64,000 nt of DNA. Source: Hamiltosporidium tvaerminnensis FI-OER-3-3 (lineage: Eukaryota > Fungi > Microsporidia). The DNA is taken from assembly GCA_022605425.2 (NCBI GenBank), contig JAKIMF020000005.1, positions 620,001 to 684,000 of the forward strand, read 5' to 3'. Position 1 is the stretch's first letter, and each line of letters starts with the position of its first letter. This document shows, in pieces, positions 36,664 to 49,100 of this stretch. The notes below the pieces were generated by a model. The model saw only the letters and a program-made list of their open reading frames with translations, was not told the origin of the DNA and made no database searches. The translations under genes and the position numbers were made by a program.

Positions 36664-39024
36664 ATGATGTGTGAAGCAATCTTAAAGTCAATTAATATAA
36701 AAACAAATTTCACATTTTGGGCTTTATATATTCTTTCAATATCTAAAGTAATATTAACACAAAAGACAATCGCTTTACATTTTTATGAAGCAGAAGAAAT
36801 CCAATTAACAAAGAATGGAACGAAGAATTGCGATTATTTTGATGAGAGTTTCCATTTTGACGATCAAAAACCCATTCTTTATAGTTTGGATTCAAATAGT
36901 AAAGTTTTACAAGTATTTATAATTAATTTGGAAACTTTCTTCTTGAATTTTTCTAATGACGAGGAAATACAAGAAAACCAGCAACATAACATGCATATAA
37001 ATATAAATCTAGTGAGTTATAAGGAATTTTTATATTTTTATAATATAGTAATGTGTTTTCCATTTTTAATTGGAAATGTGAACGAAAACAGATATCAGCT
37101 TATGCTTAAAATTTGTGATATTCTTAAGATTAAAACCAATAAGCGTTTTGAAGAATTTATTCGTTTGTTGCTAGTTTCTCTGATATTTAATCCAGAAGTA
37201 ACAAACAAATGGAAATTCACATCTACTTCAAAAAATTATCAATCTTCTAGTATTGTATCTAAAAATATTATTGTAGAATATTTTAAAATGCATTTTATTC
37301 CAGAAAAAACACAAAAAAAGATAAAAGATATTTCCCGTGCTTTATATTTAACTGATGGTTTTTCCTTTGATTTTATAAAGTTGACCAATGATTTTCTCTA
37401 TCTCGATGACGAAATTATAAATGAAGTTTTAGAAAAAGTTAAAAAATCAAATGATAATCTAAAAATATTTGATTTTATATTTTGCATTCATAAATTTAAT
37501 TGCATATTTTTGAGTGGGATATCTTATGCCGATGAATATTATCAGTTATTTAATTTGTCGCTATTTAAAAATCTTAATGAAATATTTATAAATCGATGTC
37601 AAAATGCAGATGTATTAATTCAAAAAATTTATAATTCATGTGGTTCGAGATGTATTAAAACCTTAAATATTATTCGCTCGGATTTTACAATGAAATATGA
37701 AATTCCATGGTTAAGAAAGCTTGACTTTAAGGCTGTAAATTATATTGTTGAAAATGATGGCCATATAGCCATTTTCTACAACTCAGATGCCAGTCCACTG
37801 GTTCAAAATATTTTTTCAAGATTTATAGATGAAATATACGAAGAAAACAAATCAAACATTTTTGTGCGCACAGGTGAATTATCTTGTTATGATCAAGATA
37901 AAAAGTTTTTCGTTCAGTTTTATCAAGAAAGAAGTAAATTAGAAAATTTTACAAACACAAAATCCCCAATTTAAACATATATCTACACTGAATTAATCAA
38001 TGATTTTTTATCATTCAATTTCTACATTATTAATTTTTCTGAATTAAAGAATATAAAGATTCATCTTTCAAATACCTGTATTAAGGATTTCAACATATGT
38101 GAATCCGAAATACTAAACAATATAACTAAAATGACCATTGTCGATTCTACATTTGATGCTATTTTTTTGTCGAAAATTCTAATGCTGGTTTCTTTGAAAT
38201 ATGTTGTTTTTATGAAATGTATAGTTACATTCCATAAAAACGAAGTCGTTTTTAATGTAAACAAAAAAATTGAAAAGCTTTATCTCGGAAATTCTTCGGT
38301 GGATGACCAGTATCATTATGTTAAATTTATAAATCATATTCTCAATTTGAAAATCCTAGATATTAATATTTATAGTAGTTCTAGAAATTCAAATATTTTT
38401 TCAATAAAGACAGATACTATTAATATAAAATTATTCCATCTGAGGTCATTGAAATATTCTGCTACTTCTTTTTCTGATTATGCAGAGCCGATTTTCCCAA
38501 AACTTCCATATATTTTACAGATTGAACTTGGATCTAACTTTCCTAAAGGTACACTTCATAGGATATTTTATCAGAATTATTTTGGTAGTCTAAAAAGATT
38601 AAATTTTGATGGGGCTCACCTAGGAAAAGAAGATGAATTTGCATTCGGAAACTATATAAATCTTCTTTCATTGTGTTTCTCTGGATATTCTAAATGCTCG
38701 GAAATAAAATTTTCGGAACTTTTCAATTTAAATAAAATATATTCATTGCAGGAATTAAAACTTCCTGATATTGAAATTACTTGTTTGGATTTGCAATTTC
38801 TTTCAAAACTAAATTGCTTGAAAAGGATTTATATTTATAGTTTAGCGTCACAAGCCCATATTATAAATTTCTTTAAATTGTTATTGTTTGTCCAAGAAAT
38901 TGAAATTAAAAAATTAACGGTTTACGGGAATGAAATATATGAACAATTTGGTACAAAACCTGTAAAATTGATGTGGATGAATAATTATGCGAATCTAAAA
39001 TATTTGAGCAGATGTGTTGAATAA
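36664..39024 (+). pseudogene. Subfamily A BTB-like + LRR gene interrupted by one in-frame TAA (37972-37974)
   Basis: The two track ORFs are in the same frame. The intervening 52 codons are open and homologous: KSPI*TYIYTELINDFLSFNFY vs paralog KFPFQEFVYMEVTNSFIKFSFY. Confidence 0.85.
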
Positions 39025-39719
39025 AGGTTTAAATTTTTAAAACTATTAATCTCTTTTATTTTTGCACACAATAGATTTTTCTTTCAGTTCAAATTATAAA
39101 TTTCATAAAACTTTTTTTGATTCATTATAATGTTACTCGATGATACAAAAGTAAGTCATTTTTGTGTCGGTTTTTAATTAATATTTTTTATGATTTGAAT
39201 AATAGTTATTATTTCCAGCACAATTTCTGCTACCAAAACTTCATTTTACAAGTAAACAATTTATGAAATCCTGCTTATTGATATTCATTAAGTAGAAATA
39301 AAATACATCTATGTCTTGATTTCTGAATATATATCACCCCCTATTATCAAAAATTTGTGTCAAATTGTCTTAATTCTTGAATTAGAATCTTATTCCCATT
39401 CATTCATCCTTGGCACTACAGCCATGCACAAGCCTTTTCCTCCCTAAGTAATGCCGCCCACCATCCCTTTTAGGGGGATTGTTTACCTGTTTTGGGTTTG
39501 GTAAAAAGGTGGGATTAAAGAGGGGGTTGTTAGGCTTAAGCCCAAATTCTATTTTAAAATCAATAATTATAAACGTCATTTATCGTTTTTTTCATGATAT
39601 GATATATTCTAAACTCTCGATTAAAACCGAACTTAACAAAGGGTTTCTATCTTTAATACCTTATATTCAAGTCCTTTAACTAATACGATTCTCTCTTCTA
39701 AATTTAAATATTCGTATAA

Positions 39720-40500
39720 ATTCTATTTTTTATTTATAAATTTGATTTAAACTTTCTATCTCTATAATATATTTTTCCCACAATTTCGGTAACTTATCTT
39801 AAACCAAAAATGTATCTTATTTCTTTTCGTTCTTCCGAGGTGGTTATGTCATCTAAATAAGAGGTAAAATTTTTTTGTATTTTCAGTTCCAACACCATCT
39901 TCCTTATTATTACTTACTTTAAATGAGGTTTAAGTTGTTAATGATTCTCTTTCGTTCAATAAACTTAATATAGTTCTCTCCCAACCCTCTTCGGCATGCT
40001 TCTAGAATCAAGTCCTTTTGGCAATTAAAAGAAATTGTTTCCACTCTGATTGAGTATTATAGATTAGATAATTTCCTTTACATTAATGTTATTTGTGGTC
40101 TTTAAACAAACTTCTTACGATATTTTGTTACAATACCCGTCCTAGGTTATCCCATAAGAAATTTACTCTACCTTACATTTATAAATAAGACCAAAGTTAT
40201 TTAAAATAGCCATGCTTTCTATGTTTTTAGCTTCAACTATTTGAAGTATAGCTTGAGAAGTGATTCAACCTCTACGAGGGTGAAAATACTCGGTCTTTTG
40301 TCTAAATTTAACACGTCAGATCTATTGTTCTAAACCTGACATCAGTTTTTGTTTGGTACCTACTCAATCTCTGCATAGTCGATATTAAGAATTTATTGGA
40401 GAGAGTGGCTCCTAATTCGTTTTGTAAGGCTATAAACAATATGTATTTGTACTAGTAAATGTATGTTGTCATCCCAGTTCATTTTTTCTTCCAGTATAGT
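39720..40500 (-). mobile_element. Degenerate 3' part of RT-RLE retrotransposon
   Basis: Matches the intact element's 3' region: ctctctccca.c.ctcttcggcat, acaatacccgtcc.agg, ttcaactatttgaagt, gagtggctcct.attcgttttg. Confidence 0.85.
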
Positions 40501-41149
40501 CATAACCAAGCATTTAGTACTTCTTGCCAAATGGTCTACTGTTTTTTTAGGTGTATTTTTGTGTTGATACATGCCATATGGTCATCAGAATACATTTCTA
40601 TTCTGAAAATAGAAGAACACTGCCTCATCACGTGGTCTTACACCACTTTTCTGAAATCATCCTAAGAAGTTTTCTAAACTTACCAGCTCGGGATTTTTAG
40701 CCTTAAATGCTTTAATCGTAGTTTTCGGTTTTTGATTTCGTTATATAAATTAGCTAGTTGATCTTCTCTAATTTCTTAACCGTAACTTCTTCTTCAAACC
40801 CGTATTTTAGTTTTAAAAGTTTATTTTAGTACAAGGTGAGTTTTGTTATTGCTCTCAACGTTTCAGATTTCTGCTTTTTTAGCCGATGTAGTTTAAAATT
40901 TTTCCAGACAATACAAGGGTTTCAAAATCATATGTTTCGTTTTTGAACTAAACACTATTTAAACCTCTTACATGTTTATTAAAGGAAGGTATAGGCTTTA
41001 TTAACATTCTGGGAGCAGATTTATTTTATTCTTTACTAAACTACTCGTTGATGCGTATTAGTATCGGTTATCCTAGTATGGTTCCATCGTTTAAAATAAA
41101 AAGTATCTTATTTACAAAGCTTATTTAAATCATCCATCCTCGACGCTCG

Positions 41150-41900
41150 TCTTTCTTAAAAAGCTTTGGTTATTTATGCGTAGCGGCTTATTTAAAAACA
41201 CACTACGACGTCTCTCCCAACTCCCTTTGGCATTTGTTCCTGACTCAAGTTTCTTTGTTGATCAGAATAAATTATTTTGAATGTTTTTTTGTGTCCTATG
41301 AACTTGAGTTGATGGCATAAATATGGGTATCTGAAGTTTTTTGGTGGGATATATTGTAGTACTTCGTCATGATAGCGACCCTGGGCATAATTATGGATTT
41401 TTACAATGCTAATTTAAAAAAAACATAATTATTTCATCTTAGAGTCATGATTCTTCGAGTTTTCAGTTTCAACTTTTGCAGTGAATCTCGTAAAGTAATT
41501 ATTTTTTTAAAAGCGTATCCATATTTATATTCCTATCTAAAATTCTTTCGGCATATTTTGCTAATTTCGAAAATAGTTTTTATCCCTGTGTCCAGTCTTA
41601 ATCAACATATTCATTTTCAAGACATAAATTCGTATCTATTTAGAAGAATTTGGTTTATGCATCTAAAGACTTAATTATATCGCTCTGTGTAGTTCTGCCT
41701 GTGTATTTTCACAAATAAATTGCTAAATGATCCGATGTCTTAACAGATTGATCACTGTTTGAAACTTTCATTCTGAACCCCTCAGAAAATATCTCTATTC
41801 TGGATATAGCAGAAAACTGCTTTATCGCATGGTCACATATTCTTCCTTAGCCATTTTGAAATCACCTGACACATAAAAGCACTTTTTTTCTTGTCCGTTG
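41150..41900 (-). mobile_element. Further degenerate fragments of the RT-RLE retrotransposon
   Basis: ctctcccaactccctttggcatttgttcctgactcaag (~41215-41250) and ctggatatagcagaa (~41800) match 46440-46480 and 47085-47100. Confidence 0.75.
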
Positions 41901-42019
41901 CATTAATGTGGTTTCCACTTTTCAATTTCGTTTTATAATTTTACAAGTTGCAGCTCTCATAAATTATTTTTGAATAGATCTTCTTCAAACCTATATCCAT
42001 ATAGTTTTATGAAAACTTT

Positions 42020-42180
42020 TGGCTAGAGTTAGATACTCCATTGGAACTATCGCTTGCAATAAGTGTGTAGAATTGGTGTAAAATCATTGTTTTCATTTTA
42101 ATAGAATATAAACAACATTAGATCTACAGGCTTATCCTCTATAATCCGAGTTAAACAGATTAAAAGAGGAATGATAATTA
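42020..42180 (+). repeat. Family B repeat / shared LINE head
   Basis: gcaataagtgtgtagaattggtgtaaaatcattg...gaatataaac...tataatccgagttaaacagattaaaa aligns with 2100-2210. Confidence 0.7.
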
Positions 42181-42549
42181 TTTAAAGCAAGAAACGTCAT
42201 ATCAAGGTACCTTAATATATTTAAAACCTTTCATTTTATAAATTAAACCTTAATACTTTCTAAAAATGTTTTCTCTGCTTGAGTCAAAATTTTTTAATTC
42301 GAGATTAAATGTTATTTTAAGATATTTTCCTCTATATATTTTTTTTCGATTTACCACATTCTCTCATAATCAGCTTGATTTATATGTTTTCATCGAATCA
42401 TCGCTGGTAATTTTACCATCCAAAAACAAAGAATCTGAAATGTCGCATATCTATTAATTTGCAACTTTGTCTATTTGCTAGATATTTTAAACTATTTATA
42501 GAAAAAATGTACCGTTTTTTCTTATACAACACACCTTATGTTTTTTTCC

Positions 42550-42870
42550 AGCCCTAATCTGTATTTATATGGATATCATTCTAGTATTTGAACCAAGGAA
42601 ACAATTTAGCATTCTTTCTGTGTACAATCACCGAATATATGGCTATAATCTCGCAGAATTTTGTAGCAATACCATCACAAGGCACAACACATTGAAAACT
42701 TAGATTCATATTTATCAAAAAAGCATAGGCGTCCAAAATCAAGTCATAGTTACTTTATTATTGTTATCCTTAATTCGAGGTATATTGTATGAGATAAGTG
42801 ATACGAACTTCAATAATTAAAAAATCCTTTATTTTCTTTTAAGAAAAAATCCATCGGGGCTACTATAAAT
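42550..42870 (-). mobile_element. Old relic of RLE endonuclease region
   Basis: Minus strand gives PDGFF, EVRIT and CDGIATKF (cf. PDIFI, EVGIT and WDGIVTKY of the intact element). Confidence 0.55.
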
Positions 42871-44927
42871 AATTTCAGCATTTTTTTCTATCCATATATT
42901 TAAATTTATTCTTGCACTTTAATTTAAAAAATTATTAAATAAATTGGCTCCTCTTTTGTTTTAAAGACGCAAATACTGTTTGATATATTTAGAAGAAAAA
43001 TACAGGCTAAAAATACATCAATCCAATATCTAATATAATCATATTTGTATATTTTCTTCGGAAAGCTCGAACCAATTCTCTAAATTTCCAATTAAAGTTT
43101 AATCCCATCATAATTTTAAAATATACAAAATAAGCTTTCACTAAAAAACAGATACCATTCCAACCTAGTTTTTATTATATATTATAAGATAAATCATTAT
43201 ACAAACATGTTGCAATAATTAATTCAAATCCAGAGTACGTTTTATATGACTGTAAAATTCTTGGAATCATTTCATTTATCTTTTATTTTATTTTCTGATT
43301 TAATTTTGACAAAATTGTTTTCTAAAAAAAACTCCTTTAATCTCTTATTTTATTAGAAGAATTCTAAGCAATAAATAAAAAATAATTCACAAATTCAAAA
43401 GATTATGAAATAAAATAATTATTCCGACTTTTTGAAGTCTCAAATCAAAATGAGAATTAAATAAATTATTTTCAAAATAATACCAAAAATAAAAGGTACC
43501 AAAGTATAAACATTGCTAAACAAATAAATTGTAGGTCCTTTTTAAAATATTAAAATCAAAATTTAACTTTTTTTTAAAAATATTTGATTTCAAACTATAA
43601 AATTTCAATTTTTTATTCCGATTGATCGACCATCAAAATTTAAATATTTTCAAAAAATAAGAAAATGTCAGATACAAATTCCGAAGGACTATTAAACATA
43701 TAATAGAACGGTTAGTAAAGTATAGGCGACTAGATGTATAAAATACTTCGATATAACAAAACGATAAATAATATTGAAGGGTATTGTCTCAGAATTCTAT
43801 TTCTTTAAAATAAATTTAAATTCAAGTCTTAGAAAAAAAATTAGGAATCACTTTGTTCAATACATTCTCTTAAATTAGAGTGCAGTAACAAATTTAAATA
43901 GAGAGGATAGAAAAAATATTAAAATTCTTAATAATAAATCCGATTTAACTATTTTATACAACAAAATAAATTTAAGAACTTTATTGAGTCGTAATCATTA
44001 TCTCGAGGCAATCTACATCGAATCAAAGAAAAAAAGAAAGTACTAACGATGACTTTTTTAGGCAATTCTACATAATTCCTTTATAAATTAAATCTAATCC
44101 TTCAATATGCTATAACCCGAGAAAGTATTGTTATAAGACATATCATATTTAATCCATTATTGGTCTAGTACCCGTAAAAAGAGTTATTAATCTACATAAG
44201 CAATAGAAAAGTAGTTATTTTCTTATTATTTAAAGAAAATGAAAAAATATAACAAAAAAGTCTCTTTACCCACCAAAAATATGCTGCTAAATACTATAAC
44301 GATTCTAGAATGTAATTAAACCCCAAGAATTTTCTTAAAAAAACACCGTAAAATGAGTGTATCTACAAAAAAGCACCAGAATTATTTATTTTTATTATCA
44401 GATAGAATAACAGAAATAAAGTATTAATACAAAATACCAATAATAAATTAAGAATGCTTTGAAAGCAAAGAGTATTGAACATAATCCATAAATAATACCT
44501 TTGTGCAATACCAATTTAGTATTAAAGCATTTTTTATTCCTCATTTACTTCTAATTTAATTATTTAAATAAAATAAAGAATTCTTCTTTTCCATAATTTA
44601 AATATTGATAAATATGAGTTTTGCTTTCTACACATTTTTAAATTAAAAAATAAATTTTATTTTCTATAATTTAAATAATGATTATAAAAATATTTTTTGT
44701 TCAAATATTAAAAAAAAATTCTTAAAAAAACTTGAGATAAAAATATTATGAATTGGTAGAAAATGAAAAAATAAATGAGTTTATCTCAATAGAGGAAAGA
44801 ATTAAACAACCTTTAACTATTAAGAAATCCTTTTTTATATTACTATTATATCTTTAATATTTTGTATTTTCTATAATTTTCTAGTTTTTTTAAAAATATT
44901 TAATTCGATAATATATTTTATAAAAAA

Positions 44928-45016
44928 TTTAATAAAATTCTGGGTTAAAATATTTTTACCATTTTTTTATGTTTTCTTCTACCTCTTTAACCACTTTTGT
45001 CTCTTCTTCCAAATCC
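44928..45016 (-). mobile_element. ~90-bp extreme 3' fragment of the RT-RLE retrotransposon
   Basis: Near-identical to ~46175-46265; aaaatttaata at 44924-44934 and 45018-45028 is a possible TSD overlapping the element end. Confidence 0.9.
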
Positions 45017-45249
45017 TAAAATTTAATACAATATATATTTTCATAAAATATTTAAAATTTCATAAAAAATATGCAATTAGTTGTAATTTATGTATTTTTC
45101 TTAGCTATTTGCAGATAGATTCTAATATAAATAAATTCTAAAACTAAGAATCCTATTTATAATTTAAAATATTTGTATTAAATTCATTTTATTTTTTTAC
45201 TTTTTTTTTAAAAAAAAACCTAAAATTTCCCTCTTTTTTTCCCTCCAAA

Positions 45250-45284
45250 TTTTCTATAAATAAATAAAAATGTAGCCCCCAATA
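45250..45284 (+). promoter_or_regulatory. TATA-like element plus CCC motif upstream of H2B start
   Basis: ctataaataaataaaaatgtagcccccaataATG; CCC near the ATG is a known microsporidian transcription-start signal. Confidence 0.55.
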
Positions 45285-45695
45285 ATGAAAAAAACCGTAG
45301 CAGAGAAAAGACCAGCAACAAAAGCACCAGCAAAATCAGTTTCTCACGATTCTCAAGGAGCAGCTGAACCTAAGAAAAAGAAGAGAGGACACAAGACAGA
45401 TTATCATGGTGTAATCTTTAGAAGTTCTGTAAAAAGAATATCTAAAGTTTTATATGCTGAACCACCACAGATTAGTTCAAGTGCACTCGAATGTTTTTCA
45501 TGTATTGCATTGGATATTGTTGAAAGTATCAGTGACTGTGCCGCTGGATTAGCTAAAAAAGTCAACAAACAAACAGTCGGTGCTGATGATATCATAGCTG
45601 CCTTTGATATTTGTTATCGAGGTGAATTGGCACAACAGACTCTCGTCGAAGTTAAGGAATTAGTAGCTAAAAGTCAAATGAAAGTTGCTAAGTAA
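45285..45695 (+). CDS. H2B: Divergent histone H2B
   Basis: K/A/P-rich tail, KKKKR, ISSSA (ISSKA), DIVESISDCAAGLAKKVNKQTV ([22 protein letters not shown]), GELA. Confidence 0.85.
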   Translation: MKKTVAEKRPATKAPAKSVSHDSQGAAEPKKKKRGHKTDYHGVIFRSSVKRISKVLYAEPPQISSSALECFSCIALDIVESISDCAAGLAKKVNKQTVGADDIIAAFDICYRGELAQQTLVEVKELVAKSQMKVAK

Positions 45696-46165
45696 ATAAA
45701 GAAAAAGTAGTTGGTTGTTTAAATTGTTATGTTGTATTATTTGTTTGGTTTTAAAATTAATTTAATTTTCCTTTTTTATAAGTCCATAATTTCCATTCCT
45801 TTCATTTCTATAAATCTATTACTTTTTTATTTATTAAATTTTCAAATGTTTTTGAGGAGGAGAGAATTTTATTTAAATTGATTTTTTATGTGAAAATTAT
45901 TTTAAATAAATATTTTTATTTTTTCAGGGGAATTTTTTAATAATTTTATCGCATTTCTATATATGTTTTTATTAAATATTTTTAAAATATTAAATGGGAT
46001 TAAATTAGAAATTTTTATAGATTTAAATTATAACAAGCTTTAAAATCCATTTTTATTTCTTTTTAATTCTCTTCTTTTATTTGGGCAAATATGTTAAAGT
46101 AATTATAATGGGTTTACAGGTATTTTAATACCTTTTTTTCAACAACCGTGCTGAAATAATAAAAA

Positions 46166-49100
46166 TAATTTTTATTTAATAAAATTCTGGGTTAAAATAT
46201 TTTTTACCATTTTTTACATGTTTTCTTCTACCTCTTTAACCACTTTTGTCTCTTCTTCCAAATCCGACTCTTCATTTATGTTATTGGTCGGTTCCTCTAA
46301 AGTGGTTCCTCCTTGTAAAATAAAGGGGGCTTTATATTTTGGTTTAAAATTTTTGGCACCATCTTCCTCTGTTTTCGCTTCTTTTAAAGGGGGTATTGGT
46401 TCCTCATGCATCTCTGATCTCATAATAACACCCATTGACGCTCTCTCCCAGCTCTCTTCGGCATTTAGTCCTGACTCAAGTCCTCTTCGTCGATCAAAGG
46501 AAATAGTTTCGACTGTCTTTTTAAGTACTATAGACTGAATGTATGCTTCTACATTCATGGGTATTTCTAGTCTTTTAAGATGAGATTTATGGTATTTTGT
46601 CACAATACCGTCCCAGGTCATCACATAAGGGATTATCTCAACACTACACTTATAAATAAGGCCCAACTCATTGGCTAGCAGGTCATACTTCCTAAGTTTT
46701 TCAGTTTCAACTATTTGAAGTGAATCTTGGGAAGTGATTCCTACTTCAATGAGTGTTATCTTATTCTTCTTCTTATCTAAAATAAATATGTCTGGTCTGT
46801 TATTCCGAATTTTAACATCAGTTTTAATTCTGGTGTCCACTCTTATCTCTGCATACTCATTATCAAGAATTTCTTGAACTGAGTGGCTCCTTATTCGTTT
46901 TGAAGACTTAAACTTATATCTATTTAGAAGGAGAAGGTGTAGGCATCTAACCACTTCATTATGCCGTCTAGTGTAATCATGGCCTAGCATTTTTTCACAT
47001 CTAGTTGCTAGATGATCCACAGTCTTACCAGACTTCCCGCAATGTTGACACACACCATCTGCTCCCCAGAATACATTTCTATCCTGGATATAGCAGAACA
47101 CAGCTTCATTTCGTGGCCTAATATTTCCTCTCTTTAGCCATCTTGAAGAGTCACTAACACTCACAAGCTCATTTTTCCTTGCATTATATAACTTTGAATG
47201 GAGTTTTCGTTTTTCTATTTCGTTATATAGTTTTGCAAGTTGAGCTTCTTCTAAACTTTTCTTAGTGACTTCTTCTGCCAACCTGTACTTTACTTTTAAG
47301 AAGCCTTTTATTAGTGCAAGATGGGTTTTATTATTATTCTCCACCTTGAGGATTGCTGCTCGTCTAGTTGATATTTCTTTACTTTTTTCCAGACAATCCA
47401 AGAGTTGCAGAAGCATATGTTCGCTTCGCAACTCAACACTATGTAGGCCTCTTCCAAGTTCTGTTCTAGGAAGATACAACCGCTCTTTACATCCTGGGCA
47501 GAGATGTATCTTATTTTTAACCAACACCGCACGCACTGCCTCATCTAACTTAGAGAAGTCAGCCGGTTCAAGTCGAAGTACTCCTATGTGGTAGTTGATT
47601 AACGATATCGCATGTTGATTGATTGCAGAAAATAAATTTTTTGCATTTAATCTAGTGTGACAAAGTCTTTCAACTCTTGATATAAGTTTGCTCTGTACTT
47701 CTTCAAATGAGCTACGTGTTGGAATTCCTCTGCTATCTTCTATTATTCCTAAATATTTGTAAACACTAACACCTTCTAGAAGAGTAGCAGTATCTTCACA
47801 ACACGTATCATTTGTGGCTGACTTCTCTTTGTTAATCTCTAAGCCAATCACCTCTAAAAATTCCTTTGCCTCGCCTGTCATAGCACTCAATGTGGAGCTG
47901 TCTTTTGCAAGGAGCTTAAGATCATCAATAAACAAGAGATGATTAGTAGAATGGGATTCTGCATCTGTTTGTACTGTCACTTTTGTGTATTTTTCATTAA
48001 GCTTTCGGCTTAATGGATCCATACACAACACAAATAACAAAGGTGACAGACTATCTCCTTGCAGGATCCCTCTATCAATCTTCTTGCTCATGATTTTTTC
48101 AGGCCCTACTGATATATCAATTTTCCATTTTGATATAATTACCTTAATAAATTTCAGGATCCAATCAGGTAAATTAAGGTTTTCAATGCATTGAGTTAAA
48201 TAAGCATGATCTATTGAATCATAAGCTTTTTTAACATCAATCCATGTTGCCTTAAGATTGTTTCCGTACTCTTTATTTAAGGCAATATTCAGTAGAGCCT
48301 GCTCTTTCGCTCCCTGCACACCTCTTACCGCCCCTAGTTGGTTCTCTGCAAGCAACCCTCGCCTTTCCACTTCAATTTGAACGACTTTCGTCACACACTT
48401 TGTCGTTAACTTATAGAGGTTGGACATACAAGTGATTGGCCTGTAGTCAGAGCCTCTTCGTGGACTTCCTTTGGGTATCAAATAGGTAAGCCCGCAGTAA
48501 AACCAATCAGCTTGTGTTGTTCCTTCTAAACATATAACTTTCACAATATCATAAATATATTTGTGTAGAGTTGTAAGTTTCTTAATGAAAAAATTGTAAA
48601 TACCATCAATTCCAGCAGCTTTCCAATTAGGGAGCCAATTAATGATATTCACAAATTCATCAAGTGAAGGAAACGTGGTCGGATGATTATCTGATACAAA
48701 TGGAATCAAATAATCATCGTACGTGACTGTGTCATCATTTTTGTTCCACATTGTAGACCAAAAACTCACAATTTCATCACGGCTAACCACATGCTCGGAT
48801 TCCACACGCTCAGATAACCCACGATAAAATCGACCTCGGAAAAGCTCAAACATACGATTCTCTTTTCGGAATTGCTTCCTACTTTCATGCATCGTAATTT
48901 TTTTCTCGTACACATTCAAAGACTCATTCTTCTTAACTAAAGCCTCAGAAAGATCAGTTACGCTGCTCAAGTTTAAATTAAACTCTCGCATGATTTTCTT
49001 AAGGCTCTTCGTTTCCGAAGTGGAGAGCTTTTCCTGCTTACGAGCTTTCTCGAGAAGATCTTTGGAAAGTACTAACTTAGAAATTTTACTTTCTATGTTT

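Noticed and set aside
39400-39430. Minus-strand GCATGGC....CAAGGATGA resembling the U6 ISL or SSU rRNA
   Set aside because: No ACAGAGA box, the ISL cannot pair, and rRNA similarity is only ~9 nt.
46109-46140. Hairpin aggtatt-tt-aatacct plus T7 beside the insertion site, as an snRNA/SL-RNA target or terminator
   Set aside because: Weak AT-rich stem, no recognisable RNA gene, and not present at the other insertion sites.
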